Source: Octopus bimaculoides (taxonomy: Eukaryota). From it: a stretch of 64,000 bases of DNA. Shown here piece by piece: positions 63,355 through 64,000 of this stretch. How positions within the stretch are numbered: the first letter of the stretch is position 1; each line of letters starts with the position of its first letter. Under the pieces are notes generated by a model that had not been told where the DNA came from, searched no databases, and worked only from the letters and a program-made list of their open reading frames with translations. The stretch covers positions 51,849,299 to 51,913,298 of the forward strand of contig NC_068998.1 in the NCBI RefSeq assembly GCF_001194135.2, read 5' to 3'. The position numbers and the translations under genes were made by a program.

Positions 63355-63960
63355 CTTTCATTTTATACTGCTTTTCTTTCATACTACACCATTTTTAAAA
63401 TTCCATTTTACTTATTTTAGTCATTGGGCTGCAGCCATGCTGGAGCAACACTTTTAAGGGTGTAGTTGATCAAACTGACTCCAGTAATCGTATTTTTTAT
63501 TCTGCCAGTTTCTTTTATCAGAACCGTTAAGTTACAGAAACATAAACAAACCATCACCTGTTGTCAACAGTGGTGTAGGATAAACACAACGACATGCATG
63601 TAGAGGCATACATATATGATGGGCTTCTTTCAGTTTCCATCTGCCAAATCCACTCACAAGGACTTGATTGGCCCTGGGCTATATTAGAAGACACAGTGGG
63701 AATGATTATTAAATAGATTTATCTTTTACATGTTTTAGTCATAATACTGTGGCCATGCTGGGACACTGCCTTGAAGAATTTTTAGCAGAATGAACTATCC
63801 CCAGTATTTTTCTTTTTTTTTTTTTGTAAGTCTGGTACATATTCTGTTGGTCCCTTTTGCAAAACAAGTTAGTCACAGGGACGTAAACACACCAACACCA
63901 GTTGTTGAGCAATGGTGGGGGGGACAAATACAGACACAATGACACACACACACACACATG
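63355..63960 (-). mobile_element. Two CORE-type SINE copies (63355-63695 and 63725-63960)
   Basis: gcagccatgctggagc..gggcttctttcagtttccatctgccaaatccactcacaag and gtggccatgctgggacactgccttgaagaat..ccaacaccagttgttgagc. Confidence 0.85.
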
Positions 63961-63969
63961 CACATACAC

Positions 63970-64000
<31 letters not shown>

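Noticed and set aside
1-64000. tRNA, rRNA, CRISPR array or prokaryotic system
   Set aside because: A/B-box motifs belong to SINE heads without cloverleaf 3' arms; no repeat-spacer arrays or operon-like ORFs; the DNA is eukaryotic intron.

Overview
AT-rich, CpG-depleted animal genomic DNA, most likely an octopus (coleoid cephalopod); this is inferred from the tRNA-derived SINE families and dense microsatellites, recognised from memory rather than by database search. The whole window is the interior of one + strand gene, a type IV diacylglycerol kinase (DGKZ/DGKI, Drosophila rdgA family). Three short phase-0 exons (16256-16339, 42517-42591, 62993-63049) join in frame to give DIAVSTEHLWVETSASGDSCYVMDPDCT|KSGPRKKCVACKIVAHKECMGILEK|KNMRCKPTFREAGVRNYRE, the first C1 zinc finger. 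They are separated by introns of about 26 and 20 kb. The introns hold many SINEs, LINE relics (RTE and CR1/L2-like), two Tc1/mariner relics, hAT and piggyBac-type MITEs, Penelope-like repeats, a possible Helitron relic and microsatellites, plus one 29-N gap. None of the listed six-frame ORFs is a host gene. Best leads: (1) a candidate 21-nt in-frame microexon (VRGFVEK, 31653-31673) in a TCAT-rich, SINE-poor zone, falling in the C1 loop where vertebrate DGKs are longer; (2) a sense-strand hammerhead-ribozyme-like motif with an intact core (44186-44256), plus two decayed relatives; (3) a candidate recursive splice site CAG|GTAAGT at 17290/17291; (4) a young element bounded by 58-bp direct repeats with pseudoknot potential (3584-4457); (5) inverted SINE pairs that could form ADAR substrates. 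All leads are sequence-only predictions. I see no evidence for a wholly new biological system.
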